Shown: positions 61,628 to 64,000 of the stretch, piece by piece
Position numbering within the stretch: the first letter of the stretch is position 1
Layout: each line of letters opens with the position of its first letter
DNA from: an uncultured delta proteobacterium
Lineage (GTDB): Bacteria; Desulfobacterota; RBG-13-43-22
DNA length: 64,000 nucleotides
Direction of reading: 5' to 3'
Assembly: GCA_963802945.1 (NCBI GenBank)
Contig: CAWDKY010000028.1
Coordinates: 146,196-210,195, forward strand
Program-made: the position numbers and the translations under genes
The notes under the pieces: model-generated
What the model saw: the letters and a program-made list of their open reading frames with translations, nothing else
Databases searched by the model: none
What the model was told of the DNA's origin: nothing

Positions 61628-62579
61628 CCAACTTCCCTTTTTTCATGGCCTGACTGATTTTTTCTAGGGAATCTTTCAGCTCTTTTGTACTCGAGAACCT
61701 TATATCCAGACCATAGCGACCCCCTTCAAAAAAAGGCGGTGGAACAATCCGGGTTCGTTGATCCAATTTTAAAGGATGAATCATTTCTTCAAAGCGGTGC
61801 TCGGTCTCAGTCAGAGAAGGATACAGACAGGTCCGAAAATATTTTCTGAGGGCTTCACCTTTCTGCTGGGGCGTCCAGCTATTTCGCTGTAGGATATTCG
61901 TGACCGATGCTGAGAGAAGAAATGCTTCGGGGTCAAGCCCTTCCCTGTCAAAGATCTCCTTTAAATCAACTAAAAACTCTCTTTGTTTTTGAAACCCCCA
62001 ATGAAGCGAAAGTAATAAGACAAAAATAAAATCAGCTATGGGACGAAAATTTCGAATTACCGTTTCCACAGTTTCAGGGAACAATCGACCCTGAACCAGG
62101 GCCGGGAGATAAATTGGGCTGATTTCGGAAAGACTTTTGTAGCGTTCGAAAATTTCTTTTTTCGAAGGTAAACCCAGAAGAGGAAGATAGTCGCGGGTCA
62201 ATGCCTTTTCTCCAACATAGGTCGACAACTTTTTTACGACCAAGGCCTGTTCGGCCGTATTATAACCCCGGTCGATATTTTCATAGAAATTAAAAAGGAA
62301 TAAATCCCTGCCCTGGGTTCCGAATGGAACGATATTACAGGAGACCGGTTCCCGACCTATTTTCAGGAGAGATCGAAGCCTTCGGTATCCGGTGACAATG
62401 CAAAAAATACCTTGTTCTTTTTCCTGCAGAACAGGCCGGTGCTGCAAACCAATGGTCTCAATCGATCGGATCAAAGGCCCGATGGGTCGGTGGTAGGTGA
62501 TTCGATAAGTGTTATCGGCCCAGTCAATCCGGGAGAAAAAAAGATCCTGGGTTTTGAAGGAAACATTAACCAATGGCAC
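61614..62579 (-). CDS. ParB/Srx N-terminal domain protein
   Basis: L.RSI..IG...P, IVTGYRRL, EN..R.YN.AEQA; overlaps both neighbours. Confidence 0.7.
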   Translation of the reverse strand: MPLVNVSFKTQDLFFSRIDWADNTYRITYHRPIGPLIRSIETIGLQHRPVLQEKEQGIFCIVTGYRRLRSLLKIGREPVSCNIVPFGTQGRDLFLFNFYENIDRGYNTAEQALVVKKLSTYVGEKALTRDYLPLLGLPSKKEIFERYKSLSEISPIYLPALVQGRLFPETVETVIRNFRPIADFIFVLLLSLHWGFQKQREFLVDLKEIFDREGLDPEAFLLSASVTNILQRNSWTPQQKGEALRKYFRTCLYPSLTETEHRFEEMIHPLKLDQRTRIVPPPFFEGGRYGLDIRFSSTKELKDSLEKISQAMKKGKLDDLP

Positions 62580-63432
62580 TGTCTGGATTGGCTTTCTTTT
62601 CCACCAGGAGACGACGAATCCGGCGGTTGTCGGCTTCCAAGATGGTCATTTCCAGGTTGTGGAAGTTGACCTTTTCTCTTGCAGCGGGGACCCTTTCCAG
62701 GAGATGAATAATCAGCCCCCCCACCGTTTCAAAATTTCTTTCCTCTATTTTCAGGCCAAAATAATGTTCGAATTCTTCAATCTCCAGGCGGGCATCGACT
62801 TCGACACGACCGTTTTCCAGGGGCTTTAGCCGCGGCTCCTGGCGGTCGTATTCATCCTCAATGTCGCCGATAATCTCCTCGATAATATCTTCCATGGTTA
62901 CCAACCCGGAAGTCCCACCATACTCATCAAGGACAATGGCCATATGGACTTTTTGAGACTTCAATTCACGGAAAAGATGAACGATTTTTTTGGTCTCTGG
63001 GACAAAAGTGGCCTGTCGAATAATCGTGGCCGGTATGGGTTGATCCGGCGGCAGATTCCAATAAGGCAACAGATCTTTCACGTGGAGCATTCCGACAATA
63101 TTATCCGGGTTTTCCTGATAAATCGGTAGACGCGAATGGCCGTGTTCGAGAGTCAGATCAATAACGGTCTGAATACTGACATCCGAACTGACGGCCAACA
63201 TCTCGGTTCTGGGGACCATCACTTCACTGACTACAGTATCTTTGAATTCAAAGATACTTTGAATCATGTCCCCTTGTTCCGGGGTGAGAAGTCCTTGTTC
63301 TTCCCCGTGATCAATCAATTCCTGAAAGTCTCTTTCTAAAGCAGATTCCGGTGGAGTATCTGGTTTCTTTCTAAATAAAGAACGAACCTGATCGATTAAT
63401 CTTGAAGGATGGTCTTCGGGATTGGCACTCAT
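62566..63432 (-). CDS. corC: CorC/HlyC family CBS-domain Mg/Co efflux protein
   Basis: VMVPR, HSRLPIY, DEYGGTSGLVTMEDIIEEIIGDIEDEYD, CorC C-terminal domain, no DUF21 TM. Confidence 0.85.
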   Translation of the reverse strand: MSANPEDHPSRLIDQVRSLFRKKPDTPPESALERDFQELIDHGEEQGLLTPEQGDMIQSIFEFKDTVVSEVMVPRTEMLAVSSDVSIQTVIDLTLEHGHSRLPIYQENPDNIVGMLHVKDLLPYWNLPPDQPIPATIIRQATFVPETKKIVHLFRELKSQKVHMAIVLDEYGGTSGLVTMEDIIEEIIGDIEDEYDRQEPRLKPLENGRVEVDARLEIEEFEHYFGLKIEERNFETVGGLIIHLLERVPAAREKVNFHNLEMTILEADNRRIRRLLVEKKANPDSAIG

Positions 63433-63623
63433 AACGTATAGATTTTTATAACAGATTTCTTTTAGGTTGTCAAATTATTTTCTGAATTGTAATTTCTTCC
63501 AATTCAGCTATATTACTAGTTAATGAAATAATCGAAGGCCTGGGGAGATATCGGATCACCGGCTAAAGCAGTTCTCTTAGAACCCAAGTTGAAAAATAAA
63601 CTATTAACAAAAGAAAAAATTTA

Positions 63624-64000
63624 TTGGAACCTATCAACAACAATCTTCAAGGTCTATTTTTTCCTAAAGCAGTTGCCATAGTCGGAGCTTCCAACCAACT
63701 CGGCAAATGGGGATTTAATTTATCGGCCACCCTTCTGGTTTCCCCTTTCTCAGGACCGGTTTATCTGATCAATCCCTATGAGCGGTTGATTCTGGGACAG
63801 CGCGCCTTCCCGGATCTAAAATCTCTTCCTGAAAAGGTTGATTTGGCCGTATTGGCCGTCCCGGCTCGGCAGACTATCCCTCTCATTGAAGAATGCGGTC
63901 GTCTTAATATACCTAATGCCCTGGTTGTGGCTTCAAATTTCAAAGAGACGGGAGAAGAGGGCGCCCGTTTGGAAGAAAAACTGATTCAGGCGGCCAAGAC
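63624..64000 (+). CDS. Acetate--CoA ligase (ADP-forming) family CoA-binding protein, truncated by window edge
   Basis: Manual translation LFFPKAVAIVGASNQLGKWG...INP...VDLAVLAVPA...SNFKETG. Confidence 0.85.
   Translation, partial: MEPINNNLQGLFFPKAVAIVGASNQLGKWGFNLSATLLVSPFSGPVYLINPYERLILGQRAFPDLKSLPEKVDLAVLAVPARQTIPLIEECGRLNIPNALVVASNFKETGEEGARLEEKLIQAAK

Overview
A 64 kb chromosomal segment that, from gene content and order, most likely comes from an anaerobic Desulfobacterota/Deltaproteobacteria genome (inference). Housekeeping genes (prfB, lnt, hisD, lepB, surE, ftsY, smc, glyQS, recO, asnS, surA, recD2, tRNA-Arg) are interleaved with acyl-CoA metabolism genes (three thiolases, two acyl-CoA dehydrogenases, a Dch-like hydratase, iorAB, CoA ligases). 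Many conserved genes carry single-base frameshifts, probably assembly errors. The most interesting part is an accessory region between smc and glyS (about 33.4-42.3 kb) with two components. (1) An integron-like minus-strand cassette array with four recognisable attC sites and no intact integrase. It is bracketed by two diverged copies of a 'promoter + short leader ORF + attI-like site' platform, one interrupted by an IS630. Its cargo includes candidate defence genes: a two-gene cassette with a PD-(D/E)xK-like nuclease, and a DUF262 protein with a possible HEPN tail. (2) A ferrosome-like accessory cluster (DUF5132, two HMA2-type proteins and a protein with 22-residue amphipathic repeats) with no P1B-ATPase in the window. 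Also notable are an ino1-PIP synthase-GT-C inositol-lipid cluster, a ~208 nt structured element upstream of recD2, an NrdR-like box before smc, and several families of miniature intergenic repeats. All family assignments are by motif recognition; no searches were run.
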